Of a DNA stretch of 64,000 nucleotides, positions 36,442-51,764 are shown piece by piece. The notes under the pieces are model-generated. The model was not told the origin of the DNA. It did no database searches and saw only the letters and a program-made list of their open reading frames with translations. Within the stretch, counting starts at the first letter, position 1; each line of letters starts with the position of its first letter. The DNA is from Syncephalis fuscata S228. Its lineage: Eukaryota; Fungi; Zoopagomycota. The stretch covers positions 186,001 to 250,000 of the forward strand of contig JAHLTZ010000006.1 in assembly GCA_025786725.1 (NCBI GenBank), in the 5' to 3' direction. The position numbers and the translations under genes were made by a program.

Positions 36442-39400
36442 ATGTCTGGTAGTATACCCAACTCGCCGATGGCTGTGTCGGCAGCAACTACGGCTGGGTT
36501 TGCGTCAGGTACAAAACCTTCGCGCATTCCTGACTTTGTTCATCCACCAGTGCCTGGAGAGACTCATCCATTTTATGGTGCTGACCATAATCGCACTGTA
36601 CGACTGCCCTCGCTGTTGACAGAGCCTGAGCCAACGCCAGAGCAATTAGCGGCGCATGCACGCCTATTTACTGCTGCCGAGTGCGGTGCAGCCCGTATTG
36701 TACGAGATATTCTAACGGGTCCAGAAGAGCTTGATATTAATGCGCCGTCAACGCAATCGGGTATGACACCTATGCAATACGCAGCATCTCGAGGTCATTT
36801 GGAAGTGGTACAAATGCTTGCTGACCAATTTAATGCATTTGTGGATATTGCTGATCGCGAAAGTGAAGTAAGTGTTTATTAACAATATATGCTCAATGCT
36901 AATGATCGACAATACAATGATTAGACGGCTTTATTAAAAGCAGCTTATAATGGACATTTGCCAGTTGTGCAATGTCTTGTTCAACGACGAGCCAATGTAC
37001 ATCACCGAGACCGTGACGGATGGACTGCTCTGCACAATGCATGCGGCCGAGGTCATTTACGTATTGTACAGCATTTAATCGAGCATGGATCGGCCAATAT
37101 TGATGTCCAGAGTCAACAAGGCCATACGCCACTAAGTAGGCATGATTAATATATAGTATTATAGTATGCTAACGATTATTCTATAGTGAATGCTGCTTCA
37201 AAAGGTTTCAGCGAAATTGTTGCCTATTTACTCGGACCAGCCGGTGCTAATCCATTGATTAAAAATCAAAATGGTGAAAATGCCTACGATGCTGCGGCGG
37301 CGAATCAACAATCGTTTGTATGTGAAATGCTTGAAACGGCCGAACGTGAATGGTGGAGCAGATTAGAAAATCCAGGTGAGTGGATATATGCATTACTAAA
37401 CTACTATTACTTATTGTTGATTTTATTAGATGGCCGACTACCAGCATATGATCTACTTGCTCAGCATGTAACTGCCATGATTACAATTCATGAAAATCAA
37501 CGAGCGGCCACAATGTTCTCTCGTTTACTTTCGATGCAACCACCCAAGTATTCATCAAATGCTCTTACACGAGCCGATCCAGCACCATGGACTCGCCCAC
37601 CCAATCATGAGCCATGCACGCTAGATGATGTTCAATTACCGGTAGATCCACGTTATCAGCACTTGCGTAGTCCGCGCGAGGATCAACGTGCGTGGTTCTG
37701 GCTTACGGATTGGCAGCCAGATGTACACCATCCTCGTACTGACGACGAAGGCTTTGAATACGCGTCTTCATTCATGTCACCTGCGCATGAATGGCGGCCC
37801 ACTCCGCCACAGAACACACCTGGTGTACGTCGTCGACGCTATGTGCGTGTAATGAAACGTGTAGTTGAAATCGATGGCATGGATGCTGCAAGTATTGCTG
37901 CAAATAACATGGCAACGGATTCGCAAATAGCTACAAGCGACGACCCACGTCGACGATCAGGATCGTTTGCAGCAATCCAGCCAGATTACATTCAAGAGGC
38001 ACGTACAGCACTTGAAGAAGCAGTTGCAGAGGCAGAAGATTCGTTGCGATTAGCTGCTCAATATGAGTATTCGGCTATTGATTTGTTAGATAAAGCAAGA
38101 AGTAAGTATAGGTATTTTATTTAGCATTCACTGTGATTAACTAGCATATGTATTAGATGACTTGGACTTTGAACGTCGTCAGCGTGCAGCCCACTGTGCT
38201 CGTTTATGGCTGGAACGAGCTGAAAACGGACTGCCAGGTGGACGTCGACGTGTAGCCTTGGCCAAGGCATTTAATCTAGCCAATACACTACTTGATGCAC
38301 CCATTCTATCACCTGGCGTGGAACAAGCAACATTTACCAATGAAACTATATCTCGTATTCCATTTCTAAGCTCGTCGTTTCGTCAGAAATTCACAGGAAT
38401 GAATGCCGAAGACTTGACTGTAGCCGAACCTATTCGACACGATGACGACGGTTTTGAACGCACTGTATTAACAACAAGTTTACAACAATCAGCTCCACCT
38501 TTACCGATAGCAACTTTGAATTGGCGTCATTCTGATGATATACACGAATCGGTAGAGTACAAGAACGAAGACGAAGACGAAGAAATGGACAATACAAGAG
38601 ACGAGCATAACCAGCTACCGTTGGATATTGCTAATGATGCTTGCTGTAAGTAGCGGATAATTGTTCTGCTTTCATTTATCGCTGCAGTTTTTATTTCTAT
38701 TTTCCTTTTAATTCTTTTATTTCATTTATTGTGTGTGTGTGCAGTGTTTACTTATAAGACCAACTATTAATACACTTAAATAAATATTCCAGATGTGCAA
38801 GACCCTCTTGAAGACCATTCTACAACCGCATCAGGACGGTCCTTGACGGCAAATATGCCCGATAGTCCTCCTCTGATCTTTTTAGTACCGGACTCGAATC
38901 AAGATGACTCGGATGCCGTTGTTTATGCATCATCATCATCATCATCATCATCATCAGTAATTGAAAATGAAACAACAGTTAAAGAAGACTCAGTAGTTGC
39001 CTGTGAGTCGTCTCCATTATTGACAACATCAATTGATGCATCAGATAGAGATGATGATGAAGTAGTAGCGTTGATTAATGCTAATATAAGTTCTATTGAG
39101 CTAACAACTAGTTCAAACGAACAAAGCAATATGCACACAATGAATGAGTCTAGCCATTCTAGATCATCTAGTATTGCATCCAATTTAGATTCATCTACTA
39201 TGCCACCAGCCACTACACAAATCGATATCAACAACACTGTATCTAGCTCTGTTTTAGCTACAGATGCGTTAGCGGATAGTATTCAACCAACACCATCAGT
39301 ACCATTATCGATCAATACGCAGCCTTCATCAACAACTATCACAACAATGCCATCTCATATTACGGCTGATCATCATCCACCATCATTGTCGCCGCCATCA

Positions 39401-40447
39401 TCATCATCAGTTCTTTCATCGCTACTACGTCATGGACAGTATTCAATACCAAGTGATGTCTATAGCGATACAATTACAACCGAGACTATTCCATCAGCAC
39501 TTGATCCATCGGCTTGGGAGTCGGATCGTGAAGCTACTGTTTGTCGAAACTGTCAACGTAGATTTACTCTTTGGATACGTCGACACCATTGTCGGTAGGT
39601 TTATTTATATATAAAAATAGATATTAGCGTTACTTAGCGACATTTCCATTATTTAGCCGATGCGGTTTAGTATTTTGTAATCAGTGTTCCATGGGACGAG
39701 CAATTATGATGATATCACTAGGCAGTCATAACGGTGCTGATATTGAAGATGGATTTCAACTTGGTCCGCTTCTCCTTGAGCGTTTTCCTTCGTTGCAACG
39801 GGTTTGCAACAATTGTCAGCAATGGCTGTCGTCACCAACGACCGGTGCAACGGCTGCTGCTGCCACCACTCCTGCCACGGCCATAGGAGCAACAGCGAGC
39901 ATGAGACCTACAAACACACCGTTGTCTTCTATACCTCTTGCCTCGTCTTCGTCTTCGATCATTTCTCGCAACTCCAATCTACATCGCCGCAATAGTCTTT
40001 CTAGCGTTCAGAGCACAATGATGGACTGTCCAGTATGCGGTGTTCGTCTTGATAGCTTAGGAGAGCGTGAACAGCAAGAACGGCATTTGCGCGACTGCTT
40101 TGACCAGCCAGATGGCACGCCTCGTGGATTGACCACTGTAAGCTATGCTGGTAAGTACAATGAATCACTAATCATTTTACACTACACATATGTACTAAAT
40201 TATTCATAGTACATATTCTAGCGGCCAATTCACCACTACTAAACAAAGAATGTCCAATCTGCTTTGAAGAATTTGACCTTGGTAACTAACTTTATCAATA
40301 CAACCAGCTATTTGTAACTAACTATTGAATGGTCGATTTATCATAGGACATCAAGTGGCTCATTTGAATTGTTTGTGTATTTATCACCGCCAATGTATCG
40401 ATGGTTGGCTTGTTCGCGGCCATTTATGTCCAGTTCATGGCCAATAG
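36442..40447 (+). CDS. Ankyrin repeat + DysF-like + FYVE + RING-H2 protein (Pib1-like C-terminus), multi-exon
   Basis: Ankyrin repeats (GMTPMQYAASRGH, DGWTALHNAC, GHTPLMNAASKG). DysF-like HENQR...WFWLTDW...DEGFEYA...VRRRRYVR. FYVE WESDREATVCRNCQRRFTLWIRRHHCRRCGLVFCNQC...RVC. RING ECPICFEEF...LNCLCIYHRQCIDGWL..CPVH. Stop at 40445-40447. Confidence 0.88.
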
Positions 40448-40642
40448 CGATTTTACTGAATAGACCAGTCAATGAAATGAAGTAGTCTATTTGCACAAGT
40501 TGATTTTTAAAGCGTTTTTATCATGTTGGATGCTGGTCATCATTATTATATTTTGTTATTCTGTCTTGTACGAATAAATCTATCCATCCACCACTATATA
40601 AATATATAGCCTAATTATTTCTTTTATTTCCCATCTAGCAAT

Positions 40643-41883
40643 ATGAAGTAAGTTGTAGAGGGAATGACACGCTGACTATCCCTTTAATAACAGCGAAACT
40701 ACTAGTGTCATAAAAGAGATTCAGCGCATCAATGTACGTGAACTAGATCACGGCATTGAGGGGCGGGGATCGTGGCATGACCAGTACAAGGACAGTGCCT
40801 ACGTGTACATTGGCGGTCTGCCTTTTGATCTATCGGAAGGCGATGTTATTTGTATATTCTCGCAGTAAGTTATTTAACGCATTCAATACATAAATATAAC
40901 ACGATTCAAGGTTTGGAGAAGTTATGGACATTAACCTAATGAGAGACCAAAAGACCGGCAAATCACGCGGCTTTTGCTTTTTAAAATATGACGATCAGCG
41001 AAGTACAGTGCTAGCCGTTGATAATTTGAACGGTGCTCAGGTAAATAAATTAACTGAACGATGGAGAGGACTATCTGCTAGTTCAATAGCCAATATTAAA
41101 TAATTTATTATAACTATAATGTACATTCTAGATATTAGGCCGAACAATACGTGTTGACCATATAGAGAAATACAAACGTCCTAAAGCGAAAGAAGGAGAG
41201 AAGCACGCCGAGACGGAAGAGGAAGCAATGAACTGCGCGCCACAGCCAATTGAAGGTAAGATATATTAATAACGACAGCAATAGTACTAGTTATTTAATA
41301 TAAATATGTATATTTAATATATATATTAATGTATATATTAATAATAATAATAGGGACAAACGAATCTTCAGAAGAGGATAACAACTCAGAGGCAGAATTA
41401 ATGGCGCAAATTGATCCAGAAGACCCAATGGCCGAATTTATACTTGATAAATTAAGAAAAAAACGAGCAAAAGAGAAGAAAAAGGCTGAGAAAGAAGAGC
41501 GCAAGTTAAAGAAAGACGAGAAGAAAAAGAGTAAAACGGATAAAAAGAAGAAAGGCCGTACATCAGACGAGGAGTCTAGTCGAAAGACAATGGAGAAAGA
41601 ACGTAGAACAGATCGTCGACAGAATCGTAATGATGATGTTAATGATAATGATCATAGTAAAAGTGATTATCGTAAAAGTACAACAATAGAAAAGTATCGT
41701 CAAAGATCACGATCTAGATCACCAGCACAGTATGACCGACATGCTAAACGATCTAGTCCAAAAAGATATGATCGTTCTCGTTCTAGATCACCTAGAAGAC
41801 ACTATCGTCAAAGAGACGATTGCAAAGATGATGACTATCGTCGGCCACGTAATAGTAATGGTCGTGATCATTACCGTCGTTAG
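40643..41883 (+). CDS. IST3: RES-complex RRM protein (Ist3/Snu17/RBMX2) with a Lys-rich and RS-rich tail; 5-nt first coding exon
   Basis: MNVIKEIQRIN...SWHDQYKDSAYVYIGGLPFDLSEGDVICIFSQFGE...KTGKSRGFCFLKYDDQRSTVLAVDNLNG..ILGRTIRVDH. Confidence 0.93.
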
Positions 41884-42262
41884 TTGGCTGCATTTTTAAT
41901 ACATTTTACATTTGTTTAAATAATACATAGACCTGTTTACATATCTATAATTTAATTGTTAATTAATAGAAATAAAATGTGATTGAGTTAATTTTAAAAA
42001 CTAGAATATTAATGATTGTGTATAACAAAATACACTAGTGCATTACTATTGTTAATTGATCGTTTTTAATACACTTTACTACATTTGTAACAAATACATT
42101 AGTATAATTGCATATTTATAATCTAGATGTTAATTAGAAGAAATAAATGTGATCGAGTTTATTTCAAAAGCCAGAATGACAGTAATTGTTCATAGCAAAA
42201 TGTAATAGTTTATTTGATATGGCAGAAGGAGCTAAAACCAGTCAATATTGCTATTGAATTGC

Positions 42263-43564
<1,302 letters not shown>

Positions 43565-43672
43565 CTATTTAAAGGAGAACACTGAAGTGAAAGAACTAAA
43601 GGAGGGGCAAGCATGAGTCATGTGAAACCAAGCATGCTCATTGGCCAGGAATGCCGAATGACTGTGTATGAT

Positions 43673-43692
43673 GTTCCGGTACTTTCTGGAGG
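43673..43692. promoter_or_regulatory. Imperfect heat-shock element upstream of polyubiquitin
   Basis: TTCcgGTActTTCtgGAG has alternating nGAAn/nTTCn spacing, about 270 nt upstream of the UBI4 ATG. TGAGTCA (AP-1/Gcn4-like) lies at 43614-43620. Confidence 0.35.
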
Positions 43693-43817
43693 GAACTCAT
43701 GACACACACTGATAAAGGGCGTGCAAGCATATACACACATATACACAATGGGTTGCCAAGAAGGGCGTTGTCATTTATTGATTATATTGCCACTTTGGAA
43801 TACCGTAGCATGATTAA

Positions 43818-46800
43818 TTAAACCTCTTCTAGCTTGTTGCTAGGATCTTCGTCCTCAACCTGGCTTACAATGTTCATAAACACGTCTTCCAAGCTGTGAA
43901 TGAACCAAATGTGTATTAGTAATAGCAAATGAGTAGCGGTAATTAGCACTCACCTTGTCTGACTAAGACCCCAGTCGTCAATGCCAAGCGCGTCTTTATT
44001 CTTTTGCATATTAAGAAAAACCTCGGATATCTTGGATCCTTCCGATCGAAACTCATACAATGCTGTAGTAGCAAACGATCAATGCGCTTCCAGCCGCGCG
44101 GCAATATTGACTCTACGAATCTATTGATAGATGATGCATTGTTCTATTAAAATATTGTCAATAAAACACTGGCTCATTCTTACCGGCAAGCCGTCTCTAA
44201 TTTATGAGGCGTTGCAGCAAGCGATAAACGGTAGCCGCTTCCATATTCCTTTTTCAAATAAACTTGATTCTGCATTAAAGTGATAGCGTATAAATAAATA
44301 ACCGGTAAGTACAAGTCTGTCTACAAAGTACAAGTCTACTGACCCCAATGCACCGTAATGCGCCACTAGCCATTATACCAATTTGGCTGCAAAGTGTATC
44401 GGCTTCTTCCATCTGATTGGAAAGGCTTGTTTGTTAGTATAATAAAAATAGTAGCGATACTGCTCTTATAGCATTCATGAGCATCACTTACGGAGTGTGT
44501 AGTGAGTATAACAGTTCTATGTCGCTTAGCATTCAAAATAATGCGCCATATAACGCGGCGCACTTGGGGATCAAGCCCAGTCTAAATACAGCGTATGGTT
44601 AATTATAAATACAACTGCGAATAGGCGGTACTTACTGTGGGCTCATCTAAAAAGACAACCTTTGAATTACCTAGCAATGATATACCAATAGATAGACGAC
44701 GCTTTTCGCCACCACTCAATGACTGCAAACAGATGTAGCAATTAAGATTAGCACTTGAATGGGCCATTGTTTAATGCATACGGCCACTTACCTGAGCTTG
44801 TTGGTGGCTCTGACGTAGCAACTGCACCTCCTTAAGAGCCCGGGTTGCCTCGGCTACTTCATGCTCCTTAGGAATACCCCGTAGTCGAGCATAGAAGAGC
44901 ATGTGTTCCATTGGTGTCTATATAATATAAAAATTACAATTAATGACATGTGTAACAAATAATAGTGTTTAACTTACCAGATCACCCCAATGAATATCGT
45001 GTTGTGGACAGACACCTAGTAATCATCGTTAGTTGCTATTAATACTTGTAATTAATAAACTATAATAGCAAATACTTACCGATATTAGTGTGAACTGTAC
45101 CCATTTGTTTAGTAATATCATGACCAGCGATTAAAGCAGTGCCTAAATATACAATAACCATGAGTCATTGAATAATCTACTTGTGTATGATATATATATA
45201 TATATATATATATACGTTACTTACCTGAAGTAGGCTCAATGAGACCAGTAAGCATGTGAAGCAGTGTACTTTTTCCAGCACCATTAGGACCTAGCATAGC
45301 AAATAAGCAAATAATAATAATAATAATAATAAACAAAATTACTTACCCAATAGACCAAATACGATATTAGGCTAATTAAAATTATATATTAATTATCAAA
45401 TCCATTACTATCAAATCTACTTACTTGAACCGAGAATGAAACATCATTAACAGCTGTATTACCAGCAGCAAATGTCTTTTCAATGTTCTTGACGACCACA
45501 TTACAATGTGCATCGTAGGTGCCATTCTCTATCTTTTTACGCTCATTCAAAGCATTGACATCTTTAATCTAATGAATATAAATATAGTCAGATATACAAT
45601 TCAAATATGTATAGATAGAATACATACAACGGCATTGGGCTTGACAAATGTCTAAATATAAAATATTAATAACTATATAAGTTTATCCGATCCATTATTA
45701 CTTACAGGTGCATCTACTTGTTTTCGGCGACCGAATAAACCAGAAACAACCTTATAAAGAACATGGTGGTTTGCTCTACGCATATTAAATATAAACTATT
45801 AGCTATTTCTATCGTTTTGTGCATGTTATTACATACAATGTAAGCAGTGAAAGAATAATACTTTCAATGAACAAAATGCCAAAAATAACTGATAACGGAT
45901 CTGACATATTCCAATTGCCAAATGTATATGGCTAGACAATTTAATGTTAGTCTATCGTCTATCCATCTAATTACACGCTATATTTACCTGTAGACGATTG
46001 GTAAAGGCAGCATGGACGGTAATCAAATGAACTGCATGGTACATAGCAAACGACGGATGAATATACCAAAAGTATGGTACAGCAGCTTTAAAAATAACAC
46101 CTATAATTAAATGGTTAGATGGAATCAATTTAATAATATCGTATAACTTACTCGACATACTGCCCACAATAACCGATAGAGTTACAAACAAATACGTCAA
46201 AACTGTTTATCGTTAGTTTACAAGGAACAAATTATCAATTAAATATTGCTTACTTAATGCACGGCGTGATGAATTAAATAATGATGCTAAAAAGAAAGCA
46301 AAGCAAACTTGTACATGAGACCAAAGAAGCATCAATAGAATATAAACTAAAGGATTGGTACGAGTAAAGAAAGACATCTACCAATAGTAAAAGTTAATTA
46401 ACTAATTTAAACTAATACATATTATTGCTACTGACCTGCAATGCTGCACCAACTACAATAAACACAATTGATGCTATCACTTGTTGCAATAAAAAGTGTA
46501 GATAATGGCTTAGATAATACACACGAGAACTTAAACCGCTCTAATAATAATAATAGTAACAATTAGTGTTAGTAACAGTCATAGTATCAATGATATATAT
46601 ATATATATAAACTTACCATATGCATCATCATTAAAATACGATCCTCTTTCTCTTTAACCAATGTATAAACGAAAAGCGGCATTAAAAATGAAATGGCTAT
46701 TAGATATTTATGAGCAATTAGACTATCATCATTATTTATCTACAACACCCTACCAAATGGAAATAGAAAACGGCCAATCATTGCGGAAACATCACCTTGT

Positions 46801-48521
46801 TGAGAGGGATTAATGGTATGCGGCATAGCCTTAAGTATTAATGATAATAAGTACTAATTACGCTTATTGGAGTAGTTATAAACTACCTACCTGAATACCT
46901 GGTGTAATGGTATAACGACCCTGATACTTCGTCGACACTGTATACTATTAGATGTATAGAATTACATTTTATTATACACTTACTATAGCCACTCATTACT
47001 TGCGTATAGGCCACTAATTGTCGTAGACCCTGAGATGGATAGGCTTTACTAATCTTGGCATCATTAAGGAAACGACGAACCGATCCCATTTGAAGCGTGA
47101 AATCAAGCTCATTCTGATTATTATTTATCTTATCAAATAAAATGGCTGCCAGTTAAATTAGTAATAGATCAATGATAAACATGGAATGACTACTTACCAC
47201 CAAATGGTGGATAAGGAAAGTTGTTATCCACCGGCGTATTGCGATCCAGTAAATCGGCCGCCCTTAATAATTTGATTAATAAACTGACAGAAATCAACAG
47301 TTTTACTTACTCGGTGAATTTAGTCATTAATACATCGTCAATGTTGTTTTCTTTGACAAAATAGACTGCATCTTGACTAGTGTTGTTATTATTGCCAATA
47401 ATGGAACGAGCTGGAATAGCCCAAGTAGACCTATTTAATTAAATAGAAATAAGTACATTTAATAGATTTATGATAATTATTCATACCGGATGCGCCACTA
47501 GTGGAGGTCGATGAATTGCCACCACTATTACCCGATGGTGGTCGTGCACCAACATCAACTCCATTCGCCGTTTGATATAATGACCATGGTCGATACTGAG
47601 GAATACTCGAGTAGAGTGAGCGTAATTGGCCATCTTTACCTTGAACCGGTTTGGCTGTTGGTGACCAACTGGCCCAACCACCAATGGGTTTAGGTAAATA
47701 GGTACTAAATACACATTATTAGTTTATTATTATTCATTATTATTACAGCCAACTTACGTGTCATGCTCACTTGATCCATTTGTTTGTGAATTACTGTAAA
47801 TAAATAGGCCAAATAATTATTTATTTTATTTATTTTAATACACTCTTTCTTATTACTTACACTGAATAAGGGTCAGAAATGGATAGTTTTCACCGAACCA
47901 ATGGGCACAACCAACACGCACACCAGATGCCATGAATAAACTGAATATCAATATTGATTAAACTAAACATTATATTAACAAATAAACGCGCAAGGTACTT
48001 ACTCGGTCGGATAGAAGCCGGCATAGTTAAGTGTAGATGCATTGGGTGGATTACCCGCAAAGTCAAAGTCAAGCGGTACATTTGTTGCTGGATTGACCAC
48101 AGGTGTATTGGCACAAACAGTGTCTCAGAGGGAGCAACACCATTAAGATTGCGTGCAGCTGTCAAAGCAATAATACCACCAATGCCTACAACAAGTGCTG
48201 GACAAGCAATAGCACACCCAGCCGAAATCATCCATTGGTGCTTTTGTGTAGCAACTGTTTTATAAAGCTATATTAAGCACCGATACATCGGATAGGAAAA
48301 TGGTAAATAGGTGAATCAATAATACACGGTCACTAAAATCTCTAATGGTAATACTAGCAATAATAACTTACAAGAGCACGAAACTGATTGCGATTATCTA
48401 AATTGTACTCGTAAGTAGGTGGACCATCACAGCTATCGGTCTCGACACCTTGCATGGCCAACTCTACAGTAGAGCTTGACGGCTGCTTGCTATTACGTGT
48501 AAATAACTTGCCGAGTTGCAT
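43818..48521 (-). CDS. ABCA-subfamily ABC transporter (one membrane domain plus one NBD), many short exons
   Basis: Walker [23 protein letters not shown], signature [15 protein letters not shown], Walker [26 protein letters not shown]-terminal WGLSQTSLEDVF, and [16 protein letters not shown] at 48521, stop at 43818-43820. Apparent 1-nt deletion near 44079. Confidence 0.92.
45190..45213. repeat. (TA)n microsatellite in an ABC transporter intron
   Basis: atatatatatatatatatatatata seen directly. Confidence 0.85.
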
Positions 48522-48980
48522 GATGGCGCTATCGATACAGCTTTACACCATAAATAGACGACTCAGCCGCTATAAAACTAAACGTCGTAGTTATTATTAA
48601 AATAATAAGTTGAAATAATTTGTTCGTAACAATATTGTGGAGAGAGCGTAAACGGAGAGTGAGAGTGAGTGGATAAAAGAGAGAAAGATAAAAGGTGTAG
48701 ACAACTCAATAATAGGCCGACGATATTAATATAAATATATTAGGTGGATCCGCTCTTATAGCTATTGAAAGCAGTTAAACGGTCAAAAAAGGAAAAAATA
48801 TAGAAAAAACGAGATTATATAGGACTGGCCAAAAGGCGTATAATTATCAAACGGTGTAGGGGATATTCAACTACCGTGCACTTATTAAAGCCGCCTTATT
48901 TATGCCCCACATGTTACATGTCCATGACAACTACTTTTATAGATAACAAACACGTGGTCTTATGCCTAGGATCAGGTGAT

Positions 48981-51418
48981 CTAACAACGATTTATTACTA
49001 TTTCACTGAGTCGACGACTAATAGTGGATTCATCATCACTGCCATTGTCACTACTATTACTACTACTACTATCATCATCACTAATATTTATAATTGATTT
49101 TGATGTTGATACTGATGATCCCATTATACACTCAGTCAGAAATTGATCCGTATTGGCTAATGACCAAATACCCCGTTGACATAAACGATCTTCGGACTTT
49201 AATTGGTCTTGTAGTCTTTTTTGAAACGACCGTAGACGACGCTGTGCTTCACGCTCTACACCTCTTGTGGTCAATTGGGCAGTTTCTTATCATTTAATAG
49301 TTTTTCTAATAAATAGTATATCCACTAGAATAGATTAAGCAATTTAACTAGTATTAGCAACTGGAACTTACCTCGACATTGGTTATAGGATGAAATTCTT
49401 CCCATCGACTTGCTGTATGTTGTCGCATCCTTCGATAAACCTCAAATTGATAATCACCTGTGTAATATAGTAATAAGTGGATCTATTATATCCTTTTAAA
49501 TCATAGCAGCTACCTTCACCTTCAAATAGCTCATTATCTTCTAGTTCCACATATAACAGTTCATTCTCTAGTATAGTCTATTAGTTATCATTAATAGCTA
49601 ATGGATAACAACTTGCCTGTTTCCAATCGAGATAGTGTATAATCGATAATAATACAACGAATACCACAGTGTGCAAGATGTACATCTGTATTAGGCATTA
49701 CATTGGATAATACAATATTATTGGCATCGACTTCAGTATCAATAGGAGCAATTAACACATTGCCCCAATGTAAATCTCGATGCTTTATTAACAACACCCA
49801 ATAGTCAAATATTTTATTTAATGTATCGTTAGCACTTACTTCAAAATTTAAACTCTAATTAAATTTCATTTGTTAACACTATAGTGATCCATATTAATTT
49901 AATTACTTTTTCTGCTATGGCTAATGACCATGCCACTTGCTTAAGTAGACTCTCTGCTTGACACCAACTAGTAAGTCGATAATGCTCTAGATCTTGTCCA
50001 CCATACTCCAATATTAGCACCGCATACAACTGTTCAGCATCAAAGTAGTCTAAATATATAACTTTCTATTATTATCTACATCACTCCTTGTTATATCACA
50101 CTTGCCAGGTCGTGTATTCTCGCTTTCCATGATGTTGTCATCCCAGATATCCCATGCTTGCAACAAGTCTTCTGGATATTCACCTTTACATAAACCGGCT
50201 CTACAGTGATCAATATAATGAATTATGAGTGCCGTGATACTTTATCTAGTATTTACCGGTAAAGACGAACAAAGTTTGCTCGATTATACATGCCATGCTC
50301 TGTGTCAAGTTCTCCATCGGTCGATAGATTGGCAAGTGTACGAGTTATGCCGATCTCCTGATAGATTGCCATAGCAGTGGTTTGTGGTTCGCCGTTAACA
50401 GGTACAGTGGCCCCTCGGCCAAATGGAATCACTTTAATGGCAGCTAATTGGCCTGAACGTCTTGTAGAAGTCGACATACGAACACGATATACCTCAGAGA
50501 ATGTTGCCTCTCCAATCTTCTTGCATGACTCCAAACATCTAAATCTTTTTGGTTAAAATTATTGTCGTTTGTATATAAAACTCACTTTTTTCCTAAAAAT
50601 GATTCAAATGATGCTGGTTTTCTTTGTTGACATATATCCAATAATTCAGTAACACCTGCATCAACTCGTTGCTAATTAAAGACAGTATTAATTAATATAA
50701 ACAAATAACTCATTATTTCTACTTATGATCAATGGTCGGCTTAATACGACGGCTTCCTGTACGCCTATTTGTAGCATTTTGCTTGCTACTTGTTGATTTA
50801 CTTAATTTGAAGCTATTATAATTGTCAACAGATAAATTAGATAGTATTAGTATATCAATAATAGTGGTTTGTCAACTAGAATTAACACAGATTAATTATG
50901 TTAAATTTAAAAACTTACTCATCATTTGATGATTGAGGCGCGTTTTTAGATCTAATCACTGATACTTTAACATCATCCTCGTTGTTATTTAATTTTGACA
51001 ATGAATTACAATCGGTGCTTAATATTCTGTTGGTTATCTGATCTTTACTTGTACTCTGTAATACATTAGTAGTATATTTACTACTCCTATCAGTACTACT
51101 TGTTGCGGATCGATTCAAATTGATGTGTGCTCGGTTTTTCTTTTGTTCTACAAGTTCATTACTTGTTGTGTTGGAAATAGTAGAACGGTTGTCAGTAGAA
51201 GCCTTTACCGGTGCACTATTCAGCTGTAGATCTCTCGACTGAGTATTTCGCTCTTCGGCAGAACATGGTTCCAATGGCTTAACTGCTACCGCTAGTTTAC
51301 CTTCTCGCTCCAACTGTTCTACCTTGTCCCATGAATTAGCAATATTGACTATACGGTGGGTTCGTTTGCCATATGTTTTGACTAGCCGTCGTGCATCACT
51401 GCTGTTTTTTCCGTACAT
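48981..51418 (-). CDS. HASPIN: Haspin-family serine/threonine kinase, multi-exon
   Basis: KIGEATFSEVY, AIKVIPF, FEHRDLHWGNVLI, IIDYTLSR (haspin DYT in place of DFG), FEGEGDYQFEVYRRMR, WEEFHPITNV; N-terminal KTYGKR motif. Confidence 0.93.
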
Positions 51419-51764
51419 TGCTACTGTTTTGCTACTATTATGGTCGTAAGTTATAGAAAAATAAAATAATTATTAAATAATTTAAAAAATGTTATTTGAT
51501 TATGATATAATAAAATGTAATAAAAATAGTTAGTAAAAATAGCTAAAATACCAAATAAACATTACTACACATTTCAATAAACATTATTGTTAAAGGTGGA
51601 TAATACCAATTTACTAATAGTGGTAAAAGTGAACAAGAGCAGCATTGTAATAGGCCTAAGCCATCTAGTAAATGAACGCTATAGCTTATAATGCCATAAT
51701 TATGTTATAAAAAATACTAGCAGCAAAGCAACAAACTACAACTCAGCGTCGAGTATGATTAAAT

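Noticed and set aside
40643-41883. Functional link between the splicing factor IST3/RBMX2 and the nearby micro-exon gene
   Set aside because: It lies 9 kb away with unrelated genes between and is a universal housekeeping gene. Proximity is not evidence.
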